The notes under the pieces are model-generated. The model was not told the origin of the DNA. It made no database searches and saw only the letters and a program-made list of their open reading frames with translations. Below, piece after piece: positions 18,520-26,593 of a stretch of DNA of 39,377 nucleotides. Within the stretch, counting starts at the first letter, position 1; every line of letters begins with the position of its first letter. This DNA is from an uncultured Bacteroidales bacterium (GTDB taxonomy: Bacteria > Bacteroidota > Bacteroidia > Bacteroidales > UBA932): the NCBI GenBank assembly GCA_946415795.1, contig CAMKTW010000001.1, positions 1 through 39,377 on the forward strand. Direction: 5' to 3'. A program made the position numbers and the translations under genes.

Positions 18520-18903
18520 TTAATCTGTGACGGGACGTACAGAGAACCCGTTGTAGCGGTCGTCGGGGTAGTCGTCTATAGTATCTGAGAAATAGATAAC
18601 ATAAGCATAGTACGGACTTCCCGTACTAAGAGAGGAAGACCAGTAGTAGCCGTAGGATCCTGTTTCTGTGATACTTGTATAGCCCCGGCTGCCGGCGGCA
18701 GGCAGGAATATGCTGTTGCCGTTGGGGCCGGTGACCAGACTTCCTCTGACTCCATTCTGCCTGGTCCACTCCCAGGTGCACTTGGTCATAAGCTCTTTCC
18801 ACTCGCCCTGGGTCTCGGTCACTTTTTCGGTCTCGCTGCCGCAGATTACACTCTGCGTACCAATAGCAAGAACTACGCATACTGGAGCGTTGTAAACGCT
18901 CAT
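18520..18903 (-). CDS. 127-aa fusion: uORF-type peptide joined in frame to the C-terminal half of a FISUMP/DUF1566-like lectin module (copy B)
   Basis: MSVYNAPVCVVLAIGTQSVICGSETEKVTETQGEW | KELMTKCTWEWTRQNG...NGNSIFLPAAG...YWSSSL...GFSVRPVTD. No signal peptide. The ATG at 18903 lies inside track ORF 18520..18963. It may be a deletion remnant. Confidence 0.55.
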   Translation of the reverse strand: MSVYNAPVCVVLAIGTQSVICGSETEKVTETQGEWKELMTKCTWEWTRQNGVRGSLVTGPNGNSIFLPAAGSRGYTSITETGSYGYYWSSSLSTGSPYYAYVIYFSDTIDDYPDDRYNGFSVRPVTD

Positions 18904-18950
18904 CTTTGAAAAACTGTTAATAATACCCTTGAAACAGGCTATACCCAAAC

Positions 18951-18958
18951 CAAATGTA
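18951..18958 (-). promoter_or_regulatory. -7 box TACATTTG upstream of the fusion ORF
   Basis: rc of CAAATGTA, 47 nt upstream of the ATG at 18903. Confidence 0.35.
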
Positions 18959-19107
18959 CACATTCTTTTTCGCTAATACAGCACCCCTGTTCCGTCCCGC
19001 CAAAGCGCAGGGAAATCCACGTCAGTCACATCTGTCCCACGCGTCAGCGGGGCATCTGCTCCGGGCAGACTGTCATATCGGTTTGGTATTGCGTGGCACC
19101 TTCATCC

Positions 19108-19183
19108 CTGATTATCAGCGTTTTGCTCAATATCGCTTGCGTATATTTGCGCAAGCGATATGCTGTAAGAGGCTGATAATCAG
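19108..19183. repeat. 76-bp compound palindrome (two nested perfect 12-bp inverted repeats)
   Basis: Outer arms are CTGATTATCAGC (19108-19119) and GCTGATAATCAG (19172-19183). Inner arms are ATATCGCTTGCG (19130-19141) and CGCAAGCGATAT (19150-19161). It lies in the divergent spacer between copy B and tadA. Confidence 0.6.
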
Positions 19184-19325
19184 ACCTGTCTCTGCCACGG
19201 CCGGATTATGGCTCTTGCCGGCTGCTGCACTGTCACGGCAATCAGTAAGCGTCTCCACGGTTACGCCTTGACGTGCGGTTGACCCGATTCTACTGTTTTC
19301 GAACTTTTCTGCTACCTTTGTGGAT

Positions 19326-19760
19326 ATGGACGACAACCAATATATGCAGATGGCGCTGGAGCAGGCACGTGCGGCGGGGGAGAGGAATGAGATACCGATA
19401 GGGGCCGTGGTAGTGTGCAAGGGGCGGGTAATCGCGCGTGCCCACAATCTCACCGAGACGCTGAACGACCCCACTGCGCACGCCGAGATGCAGGCGATTA
19501 CCGCAGCCACGGAGTATCTGGGGGGAAAGTACCTGACCGACTGCACGCTTTACGTCACGGTGGAGCCGTGCCCTATGTGTGCGGCTGCGCTCGCCTGGGC
19601 ACAGATTCCCCGTATCGTGTATGGTGCCGACGACCCCAGACGCGGATATTCGCTTTTCAGCCCCAGCCTGCTGCACCCCCGCACCAAAGTCACCAAAGGT
19701 GTCCTGGCCGACGAATGCTCCACCCTTATGACCGGTTTCTTCAAAGCCCGCCGCAAATAA
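19326..19760 (+). CDS. tadA: tRNA adenosine(34) deaminase
   Basis: CMP/dCMP deaminase zinc motifs HAEMQAI and TVEPCPMCAAAL. The track start at 19320 is GTG and the ATG is at 19326. A TACCTTTG -7 box at 19313-19320 suggests a near-leaderless mRNA. Confidence 0.9.
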   Translation: MDDNQYMQMALEQARAAGERNEIPIGAVVVCKGRVIARAHNLTETLNDPTAHAEMQAITAATEYLGGKYLTDCTLYVTVEPCPMCAAALAWAQIPRIVYGADDPRRGYSLFSPSLLHPRTKVTKGVLADECSTLMTGFFKARRK

Positions 19761-19821
19761 CCGGACCGGCCCCGACGCTACGTTTTTGGCGACGTCTATT
19801 TCTTTAGAAGTAAAAAGTTTA

Positions 19822-19829
19822 TATCTTTG
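19822..19829 (+). promoter_or_regulatory. -7 box TATCTTTG upstream of tRNA-Gln
   Basis: TAnnTTTG match 12 nt upstream of the mature tRNA 5' end. Confidence 0.45.
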
Positions 19830-19840
19830 CACTCACATCT

Positions 19841-19911
19841 TGAGATATGGTGTAATGGTAGCACTACAGATTTTGGTTCTGTCTGTCGAGGTTCGAATCC
19901 TCGTATCTCAA
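19841..19911 (+). tRNA. tRNA-Gln (anticodon UUG)
   Basis: Folded by hand. Acceptor TGAGATA/TATCTCA with a U1-A72 pair, D arm GTGT/GCAC, anticodon arm ACAGA-TTTTGGT-TCTGT, T arm CGAGG-TTCGAAT-CCTCG, discriminator A. CCA is not encoded. Confidence 0.9.
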
Positions 19912-19945
19912 CACCTTCCATTGGAGCCCGTAGGGCGATAGCAAG

Positions 19946-19966
19946 TCCCTTCCCCGGGGGAAGGGA
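19946..19966 (+). terminator. GC-rich palindrome TCCCTTCCCC-G-GGGGAAGGGA after tRNA-Gln (possible terminator)
   Basis: Perfect 10-bp arms followed by TTTA. The T tract is weak. Confidence 0.3.
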
Positions 19967-20215
19967 TTTAGGGATGGGGTTACGTTATAGGGTATGTCTT
20001 GGATTGTTTCGCAAAGTCCCTGACATATTGAGAACGAAATACGATTATTTGCGAAACAATTACAAGACACGTGGAAAAGCCTCCGAGTTGCATTTTAGAG
20101 TCCCCTGCCGGCGATGGTAACGACGATTACCAGGCGGCAGAGAAGACGTGTCATAACCCCTTTTACAAGCAAAATCACAAGTCGCACCTTTTGATGCGGC
20201 CTTAACGACTTTTAT

Positions 20216-20851
20216 ATGGCATTATACCTGAAGAAAGAACTGGAAAACGAAGCGACCATCTATGTTTGGGAAATAACCGAAACAGAGCAGGAACTGATGG
20301 ATATGTGCTCCATCCCCAAGAATGAGCTGGAGGAGTTGAGTATGATCCGCAGCGAGGCGCGCCGCAAAGAGCGACTTGCCGTCCGCGCCCTGCTGGGTGA
20401 GATTTTTGACGACAAGGTCTATCTGGGGCACCACGACAACGGCCGCCCCTTCCTGCACAACTCCGCGCAGGAGATAAGCATATCCCACTCAAACCGCTTT
20501 GTGGCCATCATCACCCACCGCGACGAAGCGCTGGGCATTGACATAGAGTCGCTTGACCGTGACTTCTCTGCCGTTGAGAAGAAGGTTCTTTCCGAAGAAG
20601 AGCGTGACGACCTCAGCGACCACAACCGCAAGCTGCAGCTGGCGATAATCTGGAGCGCGAAAGAGGCCATTTTCAAGCGTATGTCCCAGCTCGACGTAGA
20701 TTTTGCCGAGCAGATAGAGATAGAGAAGTTCTCCCCACGCGACGAGGGCGAAATAAGCGCCACCTTTACGCACAAGGATGGCACCGAGATGGAATTTGAA
20801 CTAGAGTATATGGTGTTTGAACGCCACGTGATGGTTTGGCTTGTGGGTTAG
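20216..20851 (+). CDS. 4'-phosphopantetheinyl transferase (Sfp-type)
   Basis: 211 aa. Contains GRPFL, ISISHS, GIDIE and W.AKEA.FK motifs of the PPTase superfamily. Confidence 0.85.
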   Translation: MALYLKKELENEATIYVWEITETEQELMDMCSIPKNELEELSMIRSEARRKERLAVRALLGEIFDDKVYLGHHDNGRPFLHNSAQEISISHSNRFVAIITHRDEALGIDIESLDRDFSAVEKKVLSEEERDDLSDHNRKLQLAIIWSAKEAIFKRMSQLDVDFAEQIEIEKFSPRDEGEISATFTHKDGTEMEFELEYMVFERHVMVWLVG

Positions 20852-20885
20852 TTGTTTATACCTTTCTCTCTGATATCGAGGAATT

Positions 20886-21872
20886 ATGTTAAAGATAAGA
20901 TACGTCGTCGCCGCCATCGCCGTTGCGGCAGCACTGCTGGCCGGCTGCAAGGGTGGTTCCGGCAAAAAAGCGGAAGGCAATCCCGCCGACAACCGCTTCG
21001 CGATGCCTGAACTGCCGTCTATGATTTCTGACCAGCAGCAGGCAATGGAGTATATCACAGCCCATTTCTGGGACAAATTCTTAGCCGAAGACCGTCCCGG
21101 CGTGCAGGATACCTCTCTGGTACGCGGATTTACCGTGGAGGCCTTTACCGAACACTTCTGCCAGTACGCCCTGTACCTCAGGGCTGTGCCCCCCCAGAAG
21201 GGGCTGGCCGCCACCCGCAGTTTTCTGGACAGGGTGGAGAAGATCCAGCTGGCAAATCCGGAAGGAACCCTTTGGCACAAGGTTACAGACGTTTACTTCA
21301 AGATCCTGCAGGATCCCAATTCCCCATATCGCAACGAGGAGTTCTGCATACCCCTGATAGAGAAACGCGCCACCAGCCCCCTCGCCACAGAAGAGGAAAA
21401 AGCCCGCGCAGAACACGATCTGCCCCGCTTCTGCCTGAACCGTCTGGGGGAGAAGGCGGCCAATTTTGCCTTCACCCTGAGAAGCGGCCGGGTTATGAAC
21501 CTTTATGACATAGACAGCGAATACACTATGATCTTCTTCAGCAACCCCGGCTGTGCAAACTGCCGTGAGGTTATAGAGATGCTGAAAAGCTTTCCCGGAA
21601 TTGACCAGCTTATTGAAAACCGGCAGCTCGCCGTTGCCAACGTCTATCCCGATGCCGACCTGGGAGAATGGATCAAGTATGCCCCTATTTATCCGACCAA
21701 CTGGTACAACGGCTACGACCACCTTCTGGCCGTTAACAGTACGCCGCTCTACAACATAAGGGCTATCCCCTCTGTTTATATGCTGGACAGGGACAAGACT
21801 GTCCTGCTGAAAGACGTCCCTTCCGATTTGCTGATGGAGTTCCTGAAAGCGGTGTTCGGCACTACAAATTAA
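20886..21872 (+). CDS. lipoprotein with DUF5106-like N-terminal region and thioredoxin-fold (TlpA-like) C-terminal domain
   Basis: Lipobox LLAGC. The C-terminal half has FFSNPGCANC (CxxC) and a thioredoxin-like pattern. Its 3' end overlaps the convergent 983-aa gene by 11 nt. Confidence 0.7.
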   Translation: MLKIRYVVAAIAVAAALLAGCKGGSGKKAEGNPADNRFAMPELPSMISDQQQAMEYITAHFWDKFLAEDRPGVQDTSLVRGFTVEAFTEHFCQYALYLRAVPPQKGLAATRSFLDRVEKIQLANPEGTLWHKVTDVYFKILQDPNSPYRNEEFCIPLIEKRATSPLATEEEKARAEHDLPRFCLNRLGEKAANFAFTLRSGRVMNLYDIDSEYTMIFFSNPGCANCREVIEMLKSFPGIDQLIENRQLAVANVYPDADLGEWIKYAPIYPTNWYNGYDHLLAVNSTPLYNIRAIPSVYMLDRDKTVLLKDVPSDLLMEFLKAVFGTTN

Positions 21873-24813
21873 CTCCGGTCACGAACTCTGCACCAAAGCG
21901 CCACTTCCCGTCAAAATCAAGATGACGGTTGAAGCGGCCGCCAACGTTCAGCTCCGGGCCAAGCCTGAATATGTGCCCCTGGATGGTGAGGACGGTACCA
22001 TAGGAGGCCATATGCTGCACTCCTGCCGGACTGCGGTTCACCGCATAATCTGCAAACGGAACCACATTGATACGCATCAGGTAGAGCAGTATCGGCACCG
22101 GATGCCAGTCATTGATATTGATGGGTATCGCATACTCTGCGGTAAGCTTGAAATAGTCGTACAGAGGCACTGATTTGTAACCCCTGGGCGCCTTTGACAA
22201 ATTCAGCATATAGCTGCCGGCATCCCCGTCGTCGAACCGCTTCTGGGCGCCTGCGGTGAACTTGAATCCCTGCAACTGGGTAAATCCGGGGACATAGCCA
22301 TAAACATATCCGTACAACCCCTTTCCAACCCCTGAATAGGATCCTCTGGCGTAAGCACCCTTGACCTCCGCACCAATACCCAGTCGAGGCATTATTGCCC
22401 CCTTGGGAATGGGGAGGACACTGTAGTAACGCAGTCCCGCCTCAATATCTCCGCTACCAACGCGCTCATCATCGCCCTGGATGAATTTATCGTTATTCCA
22501 GTTAACCGCTACGCGGGGAATAAAAGCCCTTTTCCACCCGCCGCTTGACAGGTTGATATTAGTGTATATCGATCCGGTGAGTTCCAGCGCGGGGCGGGGT
22601 GGTATGTATGATTGATCTACGCCGCGTCTAGAAATGACTTCGTCGTGATATCGGACGGCACTGGTGCCATAACCAATCCTGCGCTGGGGGCGGTCGTTAT
22701 AGTCTGCAGCTATCTCAAAGATTGGCCACAGGCCGCTGTAGTTGAAGTTGAAATGGCCCGCCACCCGCTTGTTGTGATAAGAGACTCCGGCAATCGCCAC
22801 CGCCGTACCCAACAGGTTCTGTGAAATGACTGTAACACCGGGCGCCGCCAGCTGGTAGTAGTGGTCGTAGCTCATATTCATTATGCGGTTCACACCGGCG
22901 TATATGGGCGCCCACGAGTGGAAATGAAGCAGATGCAGAGGCTTAAAGTAACGTTTGGCCGGGAGTGAATCCACCCGGGCACGGATCTCTGCCTGACGCT
23001 TGGCAGAGAGGGCTGGAGCCATCGTATCGGCCTGGGCAGAGAAACGTTCGGCATCGCTGAAAAGGAAAGGCTGGTCAAAATGGACATCTTCCCAGAGCAG
23101 GTCTGCACGAGTGGTCTTCACCGGACCGTAGCCGCGATGGTTGTAGTCGCTGTAATACAGCGTCCCAGTCTCATTGTCAAAATGGGGATATGCGGCTCCG
23201 AACATCGCGTTGGTAAGTTTCTGGGCGCGATGGGTGGCCGGATTGAAGGAGTATATGTTTGCGATGCCGTCCAGGTCGGTCTCGAACAGCAACCGGTTTC
23301 CTGCGCGCTGCAGGTTGAGTATGGAGCGGGTCTGGGGCTCGATCTCAACGCTCCACTGGGCAGAGGAATCTCCCACCGGGCGGGAATAGAGGCCCCACTG
23401 CCCGTCGCCGATGATGGCATCGACGTAAATCCGGTCCCCGACCCAGGCGGTGCTGTGTATCTGGCCGCCGCCGGGAGCCGCAATGCGGGCTATCTCATCC
23501 ATCGTGCCGGCATCCAGCAGCACTATCTGGGAGGTGCCGTCCAGGGCGTATTCGGTAACTGTCATACGGTCGCCCACAGGAGAGTAGGCCGGATTGAACC
23601 ACCGGGTACGGTGGGTGAGGGTACGCATACGGCCGGTGTTCAGGTCGTAGGAGCGGATCACGGAGTAGTTTTTCAATTCCCAGCGGGGGTGGGGGACTAC
23701 CTCCGACCAGACCAGGGTATGGTCGTCCTTCTTTATCACGAGGCTGGTATTGCTGCTGGTGGCAAAGGGACGTATGTAGTGCTCCTGCCCTTCAGCGTCT
23801 ATGGATATCAGCCGGCTGGCCTGGGTCATACTGGCCTTTACCGCCAATACTCCGCCGTCTACGGGGAGCACTGAGGTGTAATTGCCATAGTAGCCGTCGT
23901 CGTAACTGGTGAGCAGTTCTGCCACTGTGTAGGGAGCCCTCTCGATGAAATCTGCCCGCCACTTGTTTTTGAAGTAGTCCACGGCGCCGTGGAAGTTCTT
24001 GCGGCGGGTGCGGCCGGTATATTTCTGATAAGCCTTGTTCAGGATGCTCGGGTCGTACCAGTAGCGGGTGTAGTCGTGATATATGTCGCCGATTACATAG
24101 TAGTCGGAATTGTCCCGCATAAATGTCTCCATAATGTAGCCGAACGCGTACTTGCTGGGGATGAAATTGCGCACCGAGCCAAAGCGGTAGGTATCGTAGG
24201 AGCGGTTCTCTCCCGACAGGAAAGAGGCCCTGAAGGGCATCAGGAAGTTGGGGTCGCGTCCACGGCCGGCACTGGAGAAATCTGTCTCGGAGTGGACCGC
24301 ATCGCCCTCAAGCTCCCATCCGGAGGGATAAAAGCCGATGCCCAACCCCACAGACTGCTCTCCAAGCAGATACCGGAACACCTTGAAGGTGCCGGTGGTG
24401 AAGTGTGTCACCTGGCCGATGTGTCGCCCTTCGTGCATCGCCAGCTGGTGAACCCAGGTATCGGCAAAACCGCGATTGAACGGCGGGGTGGTGAAAATGT
24501 CCACCCTGCGCGGAGCCCACACCACTGTGGCGTTGCTGGAGAGGGTATAGGGGTGGAGAATCAGGGGAATCTCGCTGTTCTCTATTTTGAGCCCAACCTG
24601 TGTGCGGGGGCGGGCTATTTCAAAGTTATAGAGGTACTCCCGTGCCAGCGAATCCAGTCCGCCGGGATATATAACCCGGTAGTTATCCCCCTTTATTATG
24701 CTCCAGCGGGCGCCGGCGGGATCGGCTCCCAATTGGTAATACTGAGCCCCCGCCCCCAGCGAAAAGGCAAGCAGCAGCACAACGACGGATATGACTCTAT
24801 CGATTCTCTTCAT
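21862..24813 (-). CDS. large secreted/outer-membrane protein of unknown function (N-terminal HExxH-containing region, central beta-propeller-like region, beta-rich C-terminus)
   Basis: 983 aa with a signal peptide (..GAGA/QYY). An HEGRH motif is encoded at 24421-24435. The middle has TolB/PD40-like repeats and the C-terminal third is Gly/Tyr-rich with alternating residues, suggesting a barrel. No family assignment. Confidence 0.6.
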   Translation of the reverse strand: MKRIDRVISVVVLLLAFSLGAGAQYYQLGADPAGARWSIIKGDNYRVIYPGGLDSLAREYLYNFEIARPRTQVGLKIENSEIPLILHPYTLSSNATVVWAPRRVDIFTTPPFNRGFADTWVHQLAMHEGRHIGQVTHFTTGTFKVFRYLLGEQSVGLGIGFYPSGWELEGDAVHSETDFSSAGRGRDPNFLMPFRASFLSGENRSYDTYRFGSVRNFIPSKYAFGYIMETFMRDNSDYYVIGDIYHDYTRYWYDPSILNKAYQKYTGRTRRKNFHGAVDYFKNKWRADFIERAPYTVAELLTSYDDGYYGNYTSVLPVDGGVLAVKASMTQASRLISIDAEGQEHYIRPFATSSNTSLVIKKDDHTLVWSEVVPHPRWELKNYSVIRSYDLNTGRMRTLTHRTRWFNPAYSPVGDRMTVTEYALDGTSQIVLLDAGTMDEIARIAAPGGGQIHSTAWVGDRIYVDAIIGDGQWGLYSRPVGDSSAQWSVEIEPQTRSILNLQRAGNRLLFETDLDGIANIYSFNPATHRAQKLTNAMFGAAYPHFDNETGTLYYSDYNHRGYGPVKTTRADLLWEDVHFDQPFLFSDAERFSAQADTMAPALSAKRQAEIRARVDSLPAKRYFKPLHLLHFHSWAPIYAGVNRIMNMSYDHYYQLAAPGVTVISQNLLGTAVAIAGVSYHNKRVAGHFNFNYSGLWPIFEIAADYNDRPQRRIGYGTSAVRYHDEVISRRGVDQSYIPPRPALELTGSIYTNINLSSGGWKRAFIPRVAVNWNNDKFIQGDDERVGSGDIEAGLRYYSVLPIPKGAIMPRLGIGAEVKGAYARGSYSGVGKGLYGYVYGYVPGFTQLQGFKFTAGAQKRFDDGDAGSYMLNLSKAPRGYKSVPLYDYFKLTAEYAIPININDWHPVPILLYLMRINVVPFADYAVNRSPAGVQHMASYGTVLTIQGHIFRLGPELNVGGRFNRHLDFDGKWRFGAEFVTGVNL

Positions 24814-26593
24814 TAAAATAGGCGTAAACGTTTGCAGCTACTTTTTTACCCACGACCTCTTCCAAATCGTGAAGAGATGCCTCTTTAATCCGCTTTACGC
24901 TCTTGAAACGGGTCAACAGCCTGGCGGCCGTAGCTTCGCCGACCAGCGGAATCTCTGCAAGTTGCGAGCCAATCTGACTCTTTGAGCGCAAGTTACGGTG
25001 ATGGGTTATGCCAAACCTGTGAGCCTCGTCGCGGATTTGCATCAGCACCTTCAGTGAGGTGGAGTTCTTGTCTAGGAAAAGGGGATATGGATCGCCGGGG
25101 CGTATTATCTCCTCCAGCCGCTTGGCAAGTCCCACGGCGCACACCTTATCGGCAATGCCCAGCTCGTGCAGCGCCTCCATCGCGAAGTGCAGCTGGCCGC
25201 GGCCGCCGTCTATCACGATCAGCTGCGGGAGGGGCTCTCCCTCAGAGAGCAAACGCGAATAGCGGCGGTTCACCACCTCTTTCATAGAGGCATAGTCGTT
25301 GGCTCCCACCACGGTCTTTATGTTGAAATGGCGGTAATCTTTTTTGCTCGGTCGGCACTCGCGGAACACCACGCACGATGCTACCGGATTGGTCCCCTGG
25401 ATGTTGGAGTTGTCGAAACACTCTATGTGACGCGGCAGATCCTGCATCCCCAAATCGCGTTTTAAAGACTCCATCACCCTCATATTGTATTCATCAGGAT
25501 TGACCTTCTCCTCGTGGCGGTATTTTTCTACCTTGAGCGCTCCGGCGTTCTTCTGGCTGAGGCGCAGCAGTTCCAGCTTCTGCCCACGTTGCGGCACAAT
25601 GACCTCAACCCCTGAGAATTCGCCTCCAGGGGCAAACGGCACCACCACCTCCTTTGACAGCGCCCCGAACTTGGATATCATCTCTGCTATGAATGTGGCC
25701 AGAACCTCCTCTTCAGGTTCCTCTATGCGCGCCTCCAGCTCCATATTGAAGCTCTGCACCACGCACCCCTCGCGGATTCGCAAAAAATTGCAGAAGTGCT
25801 CCTGTCCTTCGCTCACCATAGAGAAGACGTCGGTGTCGCTCATCGTCTGGTTCACAATGGCAGATTTGGAGTAGTGGCGCTCCAGCAGCATTGCCCGCTC
25901 CTTATAGACCTGGGCCTGTTCGTATTCCAGGCGCGCCGCCGCCGCCGCCATTTTTTCCCGGTTCTCCCGGATAAGGCCGCGGGCCCCTCCGGAGAGCAGC
26001 GTCTCCACCGACGATATCATTGCATCGTAACCATCGCGACTGATGCGTCCCACGCACGGTGCGCTGCACCTTCCCAGATGTGCGTTCAGGCACACCTTGA
26101 ACTTGCCGGCGGCGATTGCCTCGTCCGACAGGCGCATCTTGCAGGTGCGAAGGGAGTAGAGCTGCGCGATAAGCTCCAGCATCGCGTGGGCGTAGGATGC
26201 ATTACTGTAAGGCCCGAAATAGCGGCTGCCGTCTTTTGCCAGGCGGCGGGTCAGCATAACCCTTGGGTAGGGCTCTTTCTTTATCACTATCCAGGGGTAT
26301 GTCTTGCTGTCTTTAAGGAGTATGTTATAGCGGGGCTGGAGCTTCTTTATAAGGTTGTTCTCCAGCAGCAGGGCATCCTGTTCCGTCTCCACCACGGCAA
26401 AAATCATATCGGCAACCTTGCTTACCATCACCCTGGTCTTGCGGTCCAGGCTTTCCGGAGGTCGGAAGTATTGCGAGACGCGACGGTGGAGGTCCTTGGC
26501 CTTGCCCACATATATCACCTCCCCCTCTCTGTCAAGAAAGCGATACACGCCCGGCGAGTGGGGCAGCAGGCTGACTTTTTCCCTTACATTCAA
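24797..26593 (-). CDS. uvrC: excinuclease ABC subunit C
   Basis: GIY-YIG N-terminus (PGVYRFLD..G.VIYVGKAKDL..RV.QYF), UvrBC and endonuclease-V-like domains, and a C-terminal HhH. The start codon is TTG at 26593, overlapping the upstream stop. No in-frame ATG occurs before residue 55. Confidence 0.93.
   Translation of the reverse strand: MNVREKVSLLPHSPGVYRFLDREGEVIYVGKAKDLHRRVSQYFRPPESLDRKTRVMVSKVADMIFAVVETEQDALLLENNLIKKLQPRYNILLKDSKTYPWIVIKKEPYPRVMLTRRLAKDGSRYFGPYSNASYAHAMLELIAQLYSLRTCKMRLSDEAIAAGKFKVCLNAHLGRCSAPCVGRISRDGYDAMISSVETLLSGGARGLIRENREKMAAAAARLEYEQAQVYKERAMLLERHYSKSAIVNQTMSDTDVFSMVSEGQEHFCNFLRIREGCVVQSFNMELEARIEEPEEEVLATFIAEMISKFGALSKEVVVPFAPGGEFSGVEVIVPQRGQKLELLRLSQKNAGALKVEKYRHEEKVNPDEYNMRVMESLKRDLGMQDLPRHIECFDNSNIQGTNPVASCVVFRECRPSKKDYRHFNIKTVVGANDYASMKEVVNRRYSRLLSEGEPLPQLIVIDGGRGQLHFAMEALHELGIADKVCAVGLAKRLEEIIRPGDPYPLFLDKNSTSLKVLMQIRDEAHRFGITHHRNLRSKSQIGSQLAEIPLVGEATAARLLTRFKSVKRIKEASLHDLEEVVGKKVAANVYAYFNEENR

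Noticed and set aside
16626-18903. A diversity-generating retroelement acting on lectin modules A and B, with one copy as TR and the other as VR.
   Set aside because: Mismatches between the two module tails are of all types rather than adenine-specific. The identity is far too low for a TR/VR pair. No reverse transcriptase or Avd gene is in the window.
18895-18925. A possible DNA inversion switch at the 5' end of copy B. TGAAAAACTG on the plus strand resembles the reverse complement of the ATGAAAAAACTG start of uORF A.
   Set aside because: When aligned codon by codon with copy C (..LTK-N-VYDAPV vs ..FSK-M-SVYNAPV), the region is collinear and simply diverged. The 10-nt A-rich match is low in complexity, and no flanking inverted repeats exist.
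19827-20120. ORF 19827..20120 (97 aa), and 19864..20070 on the other strand.
   Set aside because: It reads through tRNA-Gln and the palindromic spacer. The tRNA fold is unambiguous, so the ORF is spurious.
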